Assembly (NCBI GenBank): GCA_964593805.1
Contig: CAZQHP010000001.1
Location: 64,091 to 128,090 of the forward strand
Direction: 5' to 3'
DNA length: 64,000 nucleotides
DNA from: an uncultured Candidatus Saccharibacteria bacterium
GTDB taxonomy: Bacteria > Patescibacteriota > Saccharimonadia > Saccharimonadales > JBBQAJ01
Under the pieces are notes generated by a model, which ran no database searches, had not been told where the DNA came from, and saw nothing but the letters and a program-made list of their open reading frames with translations. Made by a program: the position numbers and the translations under genes. Below are positions 1 to 8,778 of the stretch, piece by piece (position 1 is the stretch's first letter; the number at the start of each line of letters is the position of its first letter).

Positions 1-1
1 C

Positions 2-2416
2 GCTGTTGGCTATACCTTAACCGATGTAATAACGCGTTATAAGCGCATGCAAGGCTATAAAACGCTGTGGCTGCCCGGCACCGATCACGCCGGCATAGAA
101 ACACAGTTTGTTTACGAGCGGGACGTACTGGCGCCGCAAGGGAAGACCCGGCTGGATTTCACGCCGGAGAAGTTTTATGAAGATGTGATGGAGTTCACCC
201 TGATTCAACAGACAAAAATTTTGAGCCAATTCCGAAGTATGGGATTCAGCCCAGACTGGGGCAGGCTAAAATTCACGCTCGACCAGGGAGTTGTGGATAT
301 TGTGTACGATACGTTCAAAAAACTACACAAAGACGGGCATGTTTATAGAGGTAATCGTATAGTAAACTGGTGTCCGCGCTGCAGCGCCGCGTTTGCCGAT
401 ATTGAACTGGAACACCGCGAACAAGAAGACGCCATGTACACGCTGGACTACGGGCCGGTGCGGATTGCAACAGTACGGCCGGAAACGATTTTTGCGGACG
501 TAGCGGTCGCCGTTCACCCCAAAGACAAGCGCTACAAAGACCTCACCGGCAAAGAGGCCACGGTACCGCTTATAGACCGTCCCATACCTGTAATCACCGA
601 CGACTACGTAGACCTAAAAACCGGCACCGGGGCACTAAAAATCACACCAGGGCACGACCCGCACGACTATGAAATCGGACAGCGGCACAATTTGCCCGAA
701 ATATCCGTGATTGATCTGCAGGGAATTATGATCAACGTCCCGGCGGAATTTGCCGGTTTGGACGTCCAGACTGCCCGCGGGCAAGTAGTGGCCGCGCTTG
801 AAAAAGCCGGAAAAATAGTCAAAACCGAAAAGCTGGTTCACCAAGTCGCCGTGCATGACCGCTGTGGCACCCAGATTGAGCCGCTGATTTCGGAACAGTG
901 GTTTTTGCGCATAAATGAACTCAACAAACCAGTTATAGAAGCCTTGAAAAAAGAAGAAGTTCTGATTTTCCCAAAAAGATTCAAACAGGTAGCTCTGAAC
1001 TGGCTGGAGCAGGAACATGACTGGTGCGTCAGCCGTGACAGCTGCTGGTGGGGAATTCGGATGCCGGTGTTCTACAAAACTTCTCACGACAAAGACAAAG
1101 AATCATATTTGATTACCGGCGTAGAACAAGAGGCGATTGATTACTACGGGGCAGGCAACTACCACCAAGAAACAGCCACGTTTGACACTTGGTTTTCCAG
1201 CGGGCAATGGCCCTACGCAACCCTAATGACATCCGGGGAAGGGGACTTTGATACTTTTTATCCAACCAGCCTGATGGGTACGGCCAGAGAAATTTTACAC
1301 AAATGGGTAACTCGAATGATTATGTTCAGCCTGTACACCACAGGACAAGTGCCTTTTAAGCACGTGTACCTCTGGGGAATGGTCACCGACGAACACGGCA
1401 AAAAAATGAGCAAAAGCAAAGGCAACGTGGTTGATCCGCTTGAAATTACCGCCAAATACGGCACCGATGCGCTGCGTTTAGCGGGCGCAATCAGCAATAC
1501 GGCCGGCACGGATTCTCCTATGGCCGAAAAGCGTGTAGAGGCCATGCGAAACTTTTGCAACAAGCTGTGGAACATCGCCCGTTTCGTACAAGACAAAGTT
1601 GGTGATAGTGTTGACTTAGATACAACACCCAAAACTAGTGCTGACCACTGGCTGTTGGATCGTTTGGACGCGGCCAACAGAGACATTTCTGCCCGTATGG
1701 ACAGTTACCAGCTCAACGAAGCGACAAACGCGTTGTACCACCTGGTCTGGGATGATTTTGCCGACTGGTATATAGAGGCTAGCAAAACGCAGCTCAACAA
1801 AGGCGTGCTGGCACATGGGCTAGAGACAATACTTAAACTGGCGCATCCGTTCGCTCCATTTGTCACTGAAACTATTTGGCAAACCCTAAAAGGGGAGGGG
1901 GATGGTTCAACTGGACCCACCACAGGCAGTTTGTTGATTTCCAGCAGCTGGCCAAAAACGCACAAGACCGACGCCAAACAAGCGGCAGTGTTTGAAGACA
2001 TCAAAACCGTGGTTAGCGAAATTCGCTTTATCTGTGCTGCGGCAAAAGCCACAAAGCCGCGTTTGTACCACAGTGGCGATTCATTCATAAACGAACACGC
2101 CCAAATCATCAAAAAGCTGTCAGGCGTCTCAGACGTGTCCCAGGTGCGTGATGGTAGCGGCCTGCACCTGACGCAATCCGACCATGATTGCTGGCTGGAC
2201 CTAGACCACACCACCATCCAGCGTTTTGTTCAGCACCTCCGTGAAGATTTAGAAACAACCAAGCAGGCCGTTGCCCAGCTTGAAACACGCCTAGGTAACA
2301 AAGCCTACACGCGTAAAGCACCGAAAGAACTAGTGGCGCAGACAAAACAACAACTGAAAACAGCGCAAGATTTATTGGCCAAACAGCAAGCTGAATATGA
2401 ACGGTTCAAACTGTAG
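2..2416 (+). CDS. valS: Valyl-tRNA synthetase, 5' end cut by window edge
   Basis: The frame is open back to nt 2 (AVGYTLTDVITRYKRMQGYK...). The class I KMSKS loop is present (GKKMSKSKGN). Anticodon-binding region and C-terminal coiled-coil tail are typical of ValRS. Confidence 0.93.
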   Translation, partial: AVGYTLTDVITRYKRMQGYKTLWLPGTDHAGIETQFVYERDVLAPQGKTRLDFTPEKFYEDVMEFTLIQQTKILSQFRSMGFSPDWGRLKFTLDQGVVDIVYDTFKKLHKDGHVYRGNRIVNWCPRCSAAFADIELEHREQEDAMYTLDYGPVRIATVRPETIFADVAVAVHPKDKRYKDLTGKEATVPLIDRPIPVITDDYVDLKTGTGALKITPGHDPHDYEIGQRHNLPEISVIDLQGIMINVPAEFAGLDVQTARGQVVAALEKAGKIVKTEKLVHQVAVHDRCGTQIEPLISEQWFLRINELNKPVIEALKKEEVLIFPKRFKQVALNWLEQEHDWCVSRDSCWWGIRMPVFYKTSHDKDKESYLITGVEQEAIDYYGAGNYHQETATFDTWFSSGQWPYATLMTSGEGDFDTFYPTSLMGTAREILHKWVTRMIMFSLYTTGQVPFKHVYLWGMVTDEHGKKMSKSKGNVVDPLEITAKYGTDALRLAGAISNTAGTDSPMAEKRVEAMRNFCNKLWNIARFVQDKVGDSVDLDTTPKTSADHWLLDRLDAANRDISARMDSYQLNEATNALYHLVWDDFADWYIEASKTQLNKGVLAHGLETILKLAHPFAPFVTETIWQTLKGEGDGSTGPTTGSLLISSSWPKTHKTDAKQAAVFEDIKTVVSEIRFICAAAKATKPRLYHSGDSFINEHAQIIKKLSGVSDVSQVRDGSGLHLTQSDHDCWLDLDHTTIQRFVQHLREDLETTKQAVAQLETRLGNKAYTRKAPKELVAQTKQQLKTAQDLLAKQQAEYERFKL

Positions 2417-3260
2417 ATTGAGGTTCCAGGGCGTTTTTAACGCGGGCGGCGGATTCTTCCGGGCGGTAGTCGTCAAACCACAGCACATGCCAGCCAAATT
2501 TCTCTGCCGCCATGACATTGGCTCGAGAATCGTCTACCAGCAGAATCTCTGCAGGCTCGCAGCCCGCCTGTTTCTGAGCCGCTTCGTAAATCTTGGGTTC
2601 GGGTTTGATAGCTCCTAGTTGAGAAGAGTCAATAATAGCGCTGTAGCGGATGTCTGGTAGCAGGCCGGCGGCTCGCATGGCGTCTATAAACCCTGGCATA
2701 ATGTTGCTGAGCAGGCCAACTTGGTAATATTCGGCCGCCCAGCGCACTAGTTCATGCATTTCCGGTATGGGATCCACGGCGTCCAGGTAATAGGCTTGCC
2801 AGTCCATTTCGGCCATGCGCAGCTCTTTTGCCATGGCCTGGTTAAAATCAGCCACCGGCATGTCGCCGCGGCAAACCGCGTCGTTGTAGTGCCAAAAAGT
2901 CGTTTCAATCACGTCCGCTGCCGCGCCGGTATCGGCCGCCAACTGCGTGAAAGCCCGGTGGAAAAACCGCACCAAGCAGCCATTTATATCAAAAAATACA
3001 AACCGAACACCGCTTTTGGAGCGGTATTTTTTGCTGGCTGGGATCGCTGGCGCCACGTCTCCCATCAGTTCGTTCAAAGAAACGCCCAGGGCTGCCGCGA
3101 TAGCCTGGATGGTAAATATGGAGGGGGACTTTATAGCCCCGCGTTCAATTTTGGCGAGCGTAGAGTAACTGAGCCCTGCCTTGTGGCAGAGATCTTGCTG
3201 TGTTAGACCAGCTTTTTTGCGCGCCGTTTGTAACTGGCGACCGAGTCCCACCTCATCCAT
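2406..3260 (-). CDS. XRE-type helix-turn-helix domain fused to a HAD-superfamily hydrolase domain
   Basis: The N-terminus LGRQLQTARKKAGLTQQDLCHKAGLSYSTLAKIERG is an HTH_3/XRE pattern. HAD-like motif I is FVFFDINGCLV and a late acidic motif is LLVDDSRANV. The 3' end overlaps valS by 11 nt, convergently. Confidence 0.75.
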   Translation of the reverse strand: MDEVGLGRQLQTARKKAGLTQQDLCHKAGLSYSTLAKIERGAIKSPSIFTIQAIAAALGVSLNELMGDVAPAIPASKKYRSKSGVRFVFFDINGCLVRFFHRAFTQLAADTGAAADVIETTFWHYNDAVCRGDMPVADFNQAMAKELRMAEMDWQAYYLDAVDPIPEMHELVRWAAEYYQVGLLSNIMPGFIDAMRAAGLLPDIRYSAIIDSSQLGAIKPEPKIYEAAQKQAGCEPAEILLVDDSRANVMAAEKFGWHVLWFDDYRPEESAARVKNALEPQSTV

Positions 3261-3381
3261 ATAGGGATTATAGTACCGGTTTTATAGATAAAAAACTAGT
3301 ATCAAATGGCTAGTTAGGCATGAGACAAACTTCGTTTTTCTCATCGCGTCCGCCGTGGCGGAGCGCTCTTTTCCTTGAAAT

Positions 3382-3555
3382 CTATATGAAGACGCCCAGA
3401 ACGGTGATTATCAAAACCATAGCGCCAACGCCGGCGAAACCCGCCACCGTCAAGGAATTTTTTATATTGCCGCCAGTGGAACGCATGACTTGGTTATATA
3501 CCCAGGCGGCGCAGCCAGCTCCGAGCAGTAACCCAATAGTAAAGTTTGAAAACAT
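3382..3555 (-). CDS. Small two-helix membrane protein (57 aa), absent from the ORF track because it is under 60 aa
   Basis: My translation is MFSNFTIGLLLGAGCAAWVYNQVMRSTGGNIKNSLTVAGFAGVGAMVLIITVLGVFI. A GGAG lies 4 nt upstream of the ATG, and the ORF starts 13 nt after the HIT gene stop on the same strand. Confidence 0.55.
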   Translation of the reverse strand: MFSNFTIGLLLGAGCAAWVYNQVMRSTGGNIKNSLTVAGFAGVGAMVLIITVLGVFI

Positions 3556-3567
3556 AACTCCAGTCTA

Positions 3568-3960
3568 CTAAAACGCCAGTTTTTTAGCCATCTCAGCTAG
3601 TGAATTGTGGTCTGGTTCGCTACTCATATCCGCGTTGTGGCGGAATTCTTCGGTGGTATGGAAGGGGATGACGTGTACATGGGCGTGCGGCACATCCACG
3701 CCAATCACTTGCGTGCCGACGTACGGCATGCCAAGTACATCCCGCAGGTGTCTGGCGACTTTTTGGACGGCAGCCATGAGAGCGGCGTAATCTTCGGTTT
3801 CCAGATCCCACACAAACTCCACCTGCGCTTTAGGAATCACCAAAGTATGCCCGGGCTGAACGGGATGTATGTCCAAAAACGCCAGTGTTTTTTCGTCTTC
3901 ATACACTTTGTGGCAGGGAATCTCGCCCTTAATGATTTTGGTAAATATAGAATCTTCCAC
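3568..3960 (-). CDS. HIT (histidine triad) family nucleotide hydrolase
   Basis: The histidine triad HAHVHVIP is near the C-terminus, with the N-terminal FTKIIKGEIP pattern. Start codon is GTG. Confidence 0.88.
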   Translation of the reverse strand: MEDSIFTKIIKGEIPCHKVYEDEKTLAFLDIHPVQPGHTLVIPKAQVEFVWDLETEDYAALMAAVQKVARHLRDVLGMPYVGTQVIGVDVPHAHVHVIPFHTTEEFRHNADMSSEPDHNSLAEMAKKLAF

Positions 3961-4031
3961 CGTTACATTATAGCGTAGTAGTATTCACATTTTAGGCGCC
4001 AAAATTCATTAACTTTGCTATAACGATAATA

Positions 4032-4946
4032 ATGTCAGGATTTGAAACTGCACCTAGATTTCAGAGAATACTAAGCCATGTAGCCAAGGCCTTATTGGTA
4101 TACGCCGCCGCAGCTGCACCAATTGACAACATGCCTACGTGCACCGAACAACTCTACCAGGCTGACTCGACGGAGCAGGGCGTTGGACTGGAGGGTGGGT
4201 CGGTTAATGATTTGCTCATAAACGATAGTCTAAGTATCGTGACCTACAACATTAAGTCCGGGGAGCGTGGCATCCAAGAAGTAGCTGACGAGCTGGCACA
4301 GCAGGAACCTGACGTCATCTGTACTCAAGAAACGGTTGCCAGTAATGTTGATCCAATTCTTAAAGCAACTGGCTTATCACATCACGCCGTGGCGTGGGCT
4401 AGTGAGTCCGACGGCCAGCCATTTGGCAACGTAACTTTTTCTGATTCCGAGATTATCGACAGTTATACAATCCCACTGCCGCGCATTTACGATGAGCAAC
4501 GATCTTTGCTGGTAACAACACATCAACGCGACGGGGAAAAGTTTTATGTTTTAAACACCCACTTGACACCCAAAAACGCCACGGCGCTGGTTGAGGGCAC
4601 AGAAGATACTCAGATATCTGAACGTGATTTACAGGCCATTTACGTCATGAAAGAATTAAATAGCTTGCCAGCTACGGATCCAGCGTTTTTCTGCGGGGAC
4701 TTGAACGCGCGACCAGGATCAAGTACTTACAACGAAATGACTGGAGGTAGATTTATTGATGGAGTGACGGCTGTTGGTGATAAAACGCTCGAAACCTTCG
4801 CAGGTAGTGACGTGCAGATTGACTATATATTAAACAACGGCCAGAAGTGGCTTTTAAGTAAAGTTCGTACATTTGGAGAACGGCAAACCGATCACTGTGG
4901 CGTTGAGGGCGAATTCATACAGCTTGCTGAAACAGAAACTGCTTAA
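4032..4946 (+). CDS. Endonuclease/exonuclease/phosphatase (EEP) family protein
   Basis: An ordered EEP motif series is present: VTYNIKSG, ICTQET, LNTHL, GDLNA, DYIL, TDHCGV. Confidence 0.8.
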   Translation: MSGFETAPRFQRILSHVAKALLVYAAAAAPIDNMPTCTEQLYQADSTEQGVGLEGGSVNDLLINDSLSIVTYNIKSGERGIQEVADELAQQEPDVICTQETVASNVDPILKATGLSHHAVAWASESDGQPFGNVTFSDSEIIDSYTIPLPRIYDEQRSLLVTTHQRDGEKFYVLNTHLTPKNATALVEGTEDTQISERDLQAIYVMKELNSLPATDPAFFCGDLNARPGSSTYNEMTGGRFIDGVTAVGDKTLETFAGSDVQIDYILNNGQKWLLSKVRTFGERQTDHCGVEGEFIQLAETETA

Positions 4947-4978
4947 TTAAGTATATTAATGCAGTACAATAAAGCCAT

Positions 4979-6121
4979 ATGCAGTTTGTGAAAAGATTTT
5001 CACGTGGTTTGGCTTCTACACTACTGAAATTAACTCTGTTTGGAGCGGCCATCACAGCTTCGCTAGTGGCGGTTTTTGCATCGCCGGTAGTGCTGAAAGA
5101 TTCTTTAGCGGAAAATAATCTGTATGACGGTCTGGTACAAAATATTCTTTCGGCCGTCCAGAACAGTGACGTGTCAGGAGAGTCGCAAGCACCGGCCGAT
5201 AAACAGCGCAGCCTGGATGTGCTTAAATCAGCCGCGACTCAAGCCTTTACACCAGAAGTTCTCCAAAGCGCCACGGAACAAGGCCTGGACGGCATTTACC
5301 GCTGGCTGAACGGTGAAGTAGACCAGCCAGATTTCCGGATTGATTTGTCGCAGGCAAAAGCCAACTTCATCGCTGCGGCTGGTGCGGAGCTGGAAGCATA
5401 TGTGGGCGGTTTACCTGTTTGCACAAATGCGCAAATGAAGACACTAGACCCAGATACTGACCCTTTTGCCCTCACGTGCCGGCCATCTAATTTAACAGTC
5501 GCGGTCATAAAGGATCGGGGGTTAGCGGAACTAACCAACAGCGACGAATTTTTCCCTAACCCCGTCATCACTGCCGATAGCCTATCCAAGAACGAAAGTG
5601 GAAAGAACTTCTTTGAACAAGCCGAAGGTGCTCAGGAAGCTTATAAAGCAGTCAAGGCTTTGCCATGGATACTTTTAGTGCTTAGCGCACTATTTGCGGC
5701 GGCAGTTATATTTCTAAGCGAAACCAAACGAAAGGGCGCTAGAAGCGTTGCTATAAGCGTGCTGGGTACGGGTCTTTTCCTGTTTTTCACTACTTGGCTA
5801 TTCGGCTTCCTGTTTGGGCGAGCGGCCGAACCTGGAGGGATGCTTGGCAATTCTATAAACAATGATTTCAGGGAATCGCTTTTGGCCTTAATCCGTTCGC
5901 TAAACAGTATTTTTAACAAAACTGTGCTGGTTTATTGTCTGCTTTATATTGCGCTTGGAGCAGTGATACTGGCGGCTCTGCAATTTACCAAACCAAAGGA
6001 GCATGAAGACAAAAAACTAGACCTCGAAACGACCAAATCTGAAGAACCGACTGAAAAGCCCGAAAATCCAGCAGCAACCGAGCCAGAAAAGACCTCGGCC
6101 GCTAAAGAAACCAAAAAATAA
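4979..6121 (+). CDS. Hypothetical polytopic membrane protein with a Lys/Glu/Pro-rich tail
   Basis: Long ORF with an N-terminal hydrophobic helix, several C-terminal hydrophobic helices and an acidic/lysine tail. I recognise no family. Confidence 0.65.
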   Translation: MQFVKRFSRGLASTLLKLTLFGAAITASLVAVFASPVVLKDSLAENNLYDGLVQNILSAVQNSDVSGESQAPADKQRSLDVLKSAATQAFTPEVLQSATEQGLDGIYRWLNGEVDQPDFRIDLSQAKANFIAAAGAELEAYVGGLPVCTNAQMKTLDPDTDPFALTCRPSNLTVAVIKDRGLAELTNSDEFFPNPVITADSLSKNESGKNFFEQAEGAQEAYKAVKALPWILLVLSALFAAAVIFLSETKRKGARSVAISVLGTGLFLFFTTWLFGFLFGRAAEPGGMLGNSINNDFRESLLALIRSLNSIFNKTVLVYCLLYIALGAVILAALQFTKPKEHEDKKLDLETTKSEEPTEKPENPAATEPEKTSAAKETKK

Positions 6122-6123
6122 CC

Positions 6124-6213
6124 TGGCGGAAGGGGTGGGATTCGAACCCACGGTACCGTTGCCGGCACGACGGTTTTCAAGACCGTTTCCTTCAACCACT
6201 CGGACACCCTTCC
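6124..6213 (-). tRNA. tRNA-Ser (anticodon UGA), CCA encoded
   Basis: Reverse complement is GGAAGGGTGTCCGAGTGG...ACGGT CTTGAAA ACCGT...GTGGGTTCGAATCCCACCCCTTCCGCCA. It has a long variable arm, a 7-bp acceptor and a TTCGAAT T-loop. Confidence 0.92.
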
Positions 6214-6217
6214 AATT

Positions 6218-6310
6218 TGGCGGAGGAGGAGAGATTCGAACTCTCGCTGGAGATTGCTCCCCACTAACGATTTAGCAAACCGTCCCCTTCAGCCACTTGG
6301 GTACTCCTCC
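6218..6310 (-). tRNA. tRNA-Ser (anticodon GCU), CCA encoded
   Basis: Reverse complement is GGAGGAGTACCCAAGTGGCTGAAGGGG ACGGT TTGCTAA ATCGT ... GAGAGTTCGAATCTCTCCTCCTCCGCCA, with a long variable arm. Confidence 0.9.
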
Positions 6311-6402
6311 GCAACAGATACAAATTATATCAACATAGCCCGAATTTACCAGTCGGTATCCAAAATTCGGTCTTCTTGCTTCCAGAGTGCTACAATACGC
6401 TT

Positions 6403-7071
6403 ATGCAACCGGGAGATACCATTACGCCCAATAGCAAAGCCGACGATGACTCTGCAGATACTACTTTGCCCGCTCCCCCCACTGCTACCAAAACCCCAAA
6501 ACCTGAACCTGAACCAGAACCAGAACAACAGCCAGTAGCAGCCGAAGCGCCAAGCCCCTGGCAATATTCGCCGGAAGACCAAGCGGCTGCCAGCCGGCTG
6601 CCCCAGGCCAGTGTCCCACCCGTTAGCTGGAGTGCTTCCGAATTTATAGACAACGAAAAAAACCCCGGCTGGTTCATAGCTCTCGCTGGCATTGCGGCGG
6701 GCGCCGTGATGCTGATTTACCTGATTACGCGAGACCTGGTTACTGTTTTTGTAGTCATTATGGCGGCTACGCTGTTTGGCGTTACGGCCAAGCGCAAACC
6801 CCGCACTCTGCAGTACCAACTCGACCACACTGGCGTAAACATAGACAGCAAACTATACCCGTATGACAGCTTCAAATCGTTTGCCATGATGCAAGAAGGC
6901 GCGTTTAACTCCATACAACTGATGCCGCTCAAACGTTTTATGCCCCCAATCAGCCTGTATTATCCGCCGGAAAGCGAAGCGCAGATAATCGCCACGCTGG
7001 GCAGCTACCTCCCCCATGAAGAACGAGCTCACGATCCGATTGAGCGCCTAATGCGCCGAGTCCGGTTCTAA
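6403..7071 (+). CDS. Hypothetical membrane protein with a Pro/Glu-rich N-terminus
   Basis: I moved the start from the track TTG (6376) to the ATG at 6403, which lies 6 nt after a TACAAT box. The protein has two central hydrophobic helices and a conserved-looking C-terminal domain. No family recognised. Confidence 0.65.
   Translation: MQPGDTITPNSKADDDSADTTLPAPPTATKTPKPEPEPEPEQQPVAAEAPSPWQYSPEDQAAASRLPQASVPPVSWSASEFIDNEKNPGWFIALAGIAAGAVMLIYLITRDLVTVFVVIMAATLFGVTAKRKPRTLQYQLDHTGVNIDSKLYPYDSFKSFAMMQEGAFNSIQLMPLKRFMPPISLYYPPESEAQIIATLGSYLPHEERAHDPIERLMRRVRF
6502..6525 (+). repeat. Hexanucleotide tandem repeat (CCTGAA x2, CCAGAA x2) encoding (PE)4
   Basis: Read directly from the sequence: cctgaacctgaaccagaaccagaa, inside the 6403-7071 CDS. 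Confidence 0.9.
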
Positions 7072-7560
7072 ATGAAATTAGCTTTAGTTATACTTGGAGC
7101 CTCCGCGGTTTTAGTGGTTGGGGTGCTATTGGCGGCAGCCAGTATCTATAATTTTAGAAGTGACAAAAAACCTGAAGCCAAAGAGTTTTTGGCCGGCAAA
7201 GTTCCCCAGCCTGCCCTTGATGGTTCTTACAAGGGCGGGCGGGCCACGGGTTTGGGCGATAATTGGCTGGGAAAGCATTTCAATTCGCTTGAAAATACCG
7301 GCATAAACAATTTTGCCAGCAAATCCAACGCCGGGGAAACGGAACAACGCTATCCTTTTGCTACTTCCCAAGCTGCTAGTTTGCGCAATAAAGGTCAGAT
7401 AGTCCTGCAACTTGACTACAATATTGGCAGTAATCCGTTGTGGCTAAAGCTGATTCGCGATGAATTGGTAGAAGTAAGCCCGGGTAATTATCTGGGCAAA
7501 ATCCAGCTCAAAGTCGGGTTTGTGATAGTCACGCTCGGCTACTTCCGATTAAGCAACTAG
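7072..7560 (+). CDS. Hypothetical protein with an N-terminal signal/anchor helix
   Basis: The ATG directly follows the upstream stop (TAA ATG). N-terminus is MKLALVILGASAVLVVGVLLAAA. No family recognised. Confidence 0.6.
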   Translation: MKLALVILGASAVLVVGVLLAAASIYNFRSDKKPEAKEFLAGKVPQPALDGSYKGGRATGLGDNWLGKHFNSLENTGINNFASKSNAGETEQRYPFATSQAASLRNKGQIVLQLDYNIGSNPLWLKLIRDELVEVSPGNYLGKIQLKVGFVIVTLGYFRLSN

Positions 7561-7598
7561 CAATCACCTCTGTTTTATGCTAAACTTCTCCCCTGTTA

Positions 7599-7675
7599 GT
7601 GCCCGTAGCTCAGCTGGATAGAGCGTCGGCTTGCGGAGCCGAAGGTCGTAGGTTCAAATCCTGTCGGGCACACCA
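7599..7675 (+). tRNA. tRNA-Arg with anticodon GCG (non-canonical G34), CCA encoded
   Basis: GTGCCCG TA GCTC AGCTGGATA GAGC G TCGGC TTGCGGA GCCGA AGGTC GTAGG TTCAAAT CCTGT CGGGCAC A CCA. The D-loop is the same as classical tRNA-Arg (AGCUGGAUA, A20), with C35 and G36. Confidence 0.8.
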
Positions 7676-7682
7676 ATGAAAG

Positions 7683-7705
7683 AGCCTCGTTTTACGGGGC
7701 TTTTT
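7683..7705 (+). terminator. Rho-independent terminator after tRNA-Arg
   Basis: 7-bp stem AGCCTCG/CGGGGCT, loop TTTTA, followed by a T-run. Confidence 0.6.
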
Positions 7706-7726
7706 CATTGCTATAATTTTAGGAGT

Positions 7727-7817
7727 GGAAGGGTCGCATAGTTGGTTTAGTGCGCTGGTCTCGAAAACCGGTAGGCCCGCAAGGGTCTCGAGGGTTCGAA
7801 TCCCTCCCCTTCCGCCA
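7727..7817 (+). tRNA. tRNA-Ser (anticodon CGA), CCA encoded
   Basis: GGAAGGG...CTGGT CTCGAAA ACCGG, a variable arm TAGGCCCGCAAGGGTCTC, then GAGGGTTCGAATCCCTC CCCTTCC G CCA. Confidence 0.9.
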
Positions 7818-7818
7818 G

Positions 7819-7843
7819 AAAAATCGCAATTATGGCGATTTTT
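7819..7843. terminator. Bidirectional hairpin terminator between tRNA-Ser (+) and comFC (-)
   Basis: AAAAATCGC aattatg GCGATTTTT forms a 9-bp stem with A-run and T-run flanks on both strands. Confidence 0.6.
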
Positions 7844-8516
7844 ATTGTTTTTGGGCGAAGGCTACGGCAGCAACGGATTTGGCGCCGGCTTGTTTAAGGG
7901 CTAGTGTCATGGCTTCTAGAGTAGAGCCGGTAGTTACTACGTCGTCCACAATCAAAATATCTCTGCCTTTGACCAGCCTTGGTTTGGTAACTACAAAAGT
8001 GTTTTTGAGCTGAGCCAAGCGCTTTTGACGGTTGGCGCCAACTTGCCGCGTTTGCAACAAATGGGTTACGGCGCGCACCGACATTAGGCCTCGTTTGCGG
8101 GCAATCGCCCGGGCCAGCAAAGCGGCGTGGTCATAACCGCGGGCGCGTACCCGGCTGGTGGCGGTTGGCACGGGGATTACCAGGCTAGCCAGGGGCAAAT
8201 AGGGCAGTACTTCGTCCATTGCTTCGGCGATAACTTGTACTGCTGCCTGTGCTCGTTCGTACTTGTAGCGGTGCAGCAGGGTTTTGGCATGGCCGTCGTA
8301 GTCGGTTCTTATCCAGACATGCCCTATGCGAGTTTGTTTTTTGCAGCGGTCGCAGACGGCAAAATTCGTGGTAATGCGGCGGCAACGGAAACAGCGGCTG
8401 GGCAGTTCTGGAAAAACGTCGGGCAAACACCAGTCGCAGACCAGCTTGCCCTCAGCTCCGCAGGCCAGGCAATTATGTGGAGCTATGGCAGAGAGCAAGG
8501 TGTCTAGTAGTGGCAT
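7842..8516 (-). CDS. comFC: ComF family protein (phosphoribosyltransferase-like competence protein)
   Basis: N-terminal Cys clusters (CLACG...CDWC, CFRC...CDRC) and a C-terminal PRTase motif ILIVDDVVTTGSTL. Confidence 0.85.
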   Translation of the reverse strand: MPLLDTLLSAIAPHNCLACGAEGKLVCDWCLPDVFPELPSRCFRCRRITTNFAVCDRCKKQTRIGHVWIRTDYDGHAKTLLHRYKYERAQAAVQVIAEAMDEVLPYLPLASLVIPVPTATSRVRARGYDHAALLARAIARKRGLMSVRAVTHLLQTRQVGANRQKRLAQLKNTFVVTKPRLVKGRDILIVDDVVTTGSTLEAMTLALKQAGAKSVAAVAFAQKQ

Positions 8517-8542
8517 GTTTCCAGTGTACCACCGGAAAAGTC

Positions 8543-8625
8543 CAGAGCTGAGAGTACTGAGTATGGAGTATCGGGCTACGTGTGATTTTCGCGCTCAGTA
8601 CTCTGTACTATGGACTCCGTACTCC
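8543..8625. repeat. ORF-less copy of the GAGT(A/C)C-word repeat family that flanks the 17.3-kb four-helix-bundle gene
   Basis: The left arm cagagctgagagtactgagtatggagtatcggg closely matches the reverse complement of 17711-17746. The right arm contains CTCAGTACTCT, which pairs with AGAGTACTGAG (11 bp). It shares the 11-mer GAGTACTGAGC with 17308-17318. Confidence 0.7.
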
Positions 8626-8745
8626 TCTGTTGTATATATTATGTTGTAAATATAAGAGGTAGAGGTTGCGCCCCTGATTACCTGGAGCTATACTTGCTAG
8701 TAACAAAAATTGCAAACACACCGTTCTAAAACTGATTTATAAAAC

Positions 8746-8778
8746 TGTTTTTCAAACCAAGGAACTGTTTGAAAAACA
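8746..8778. promoter_or_regulatory. Perfect 12-bp inverted repeat with a 9-nt spacer upstream of hsp20 (candidate operator or RNA structure)
   Basis: TGTTTTTCAAAC (8746-8757), then caaggaact, then GTTTGAAAAACA (8767-8778). It lies 93 nt upstream of the hsp20 ATG. Confidence 0.5.

Noticed and set aside
3320-3571. Plus-strand 83-aa ORF from the track
   Set aside because: It has a low-complexity, Pro/Ala/Thr-rich translation with no RBS, and it runs antisense to a much more gene-like 57-aa two-helix membrane ORF that is co-oriented with the upstream HIT gene.
5944-6264. Minus-strand ORFs (106 aa and 60 aa) overlapping the end of the 4979-6121 gene and the tRNA-Ser genes
   Set aside because: They run straight through two well-folding tRNA genes and the opposite strand of a long CDS. 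These are shadow ORFs.
7750-8013. Plus-strand 87-aa ORF
   Set aside because: It starts inside tRNA-Ser(CGA), crosses the terminator hairpin and continues antisense to comFC.
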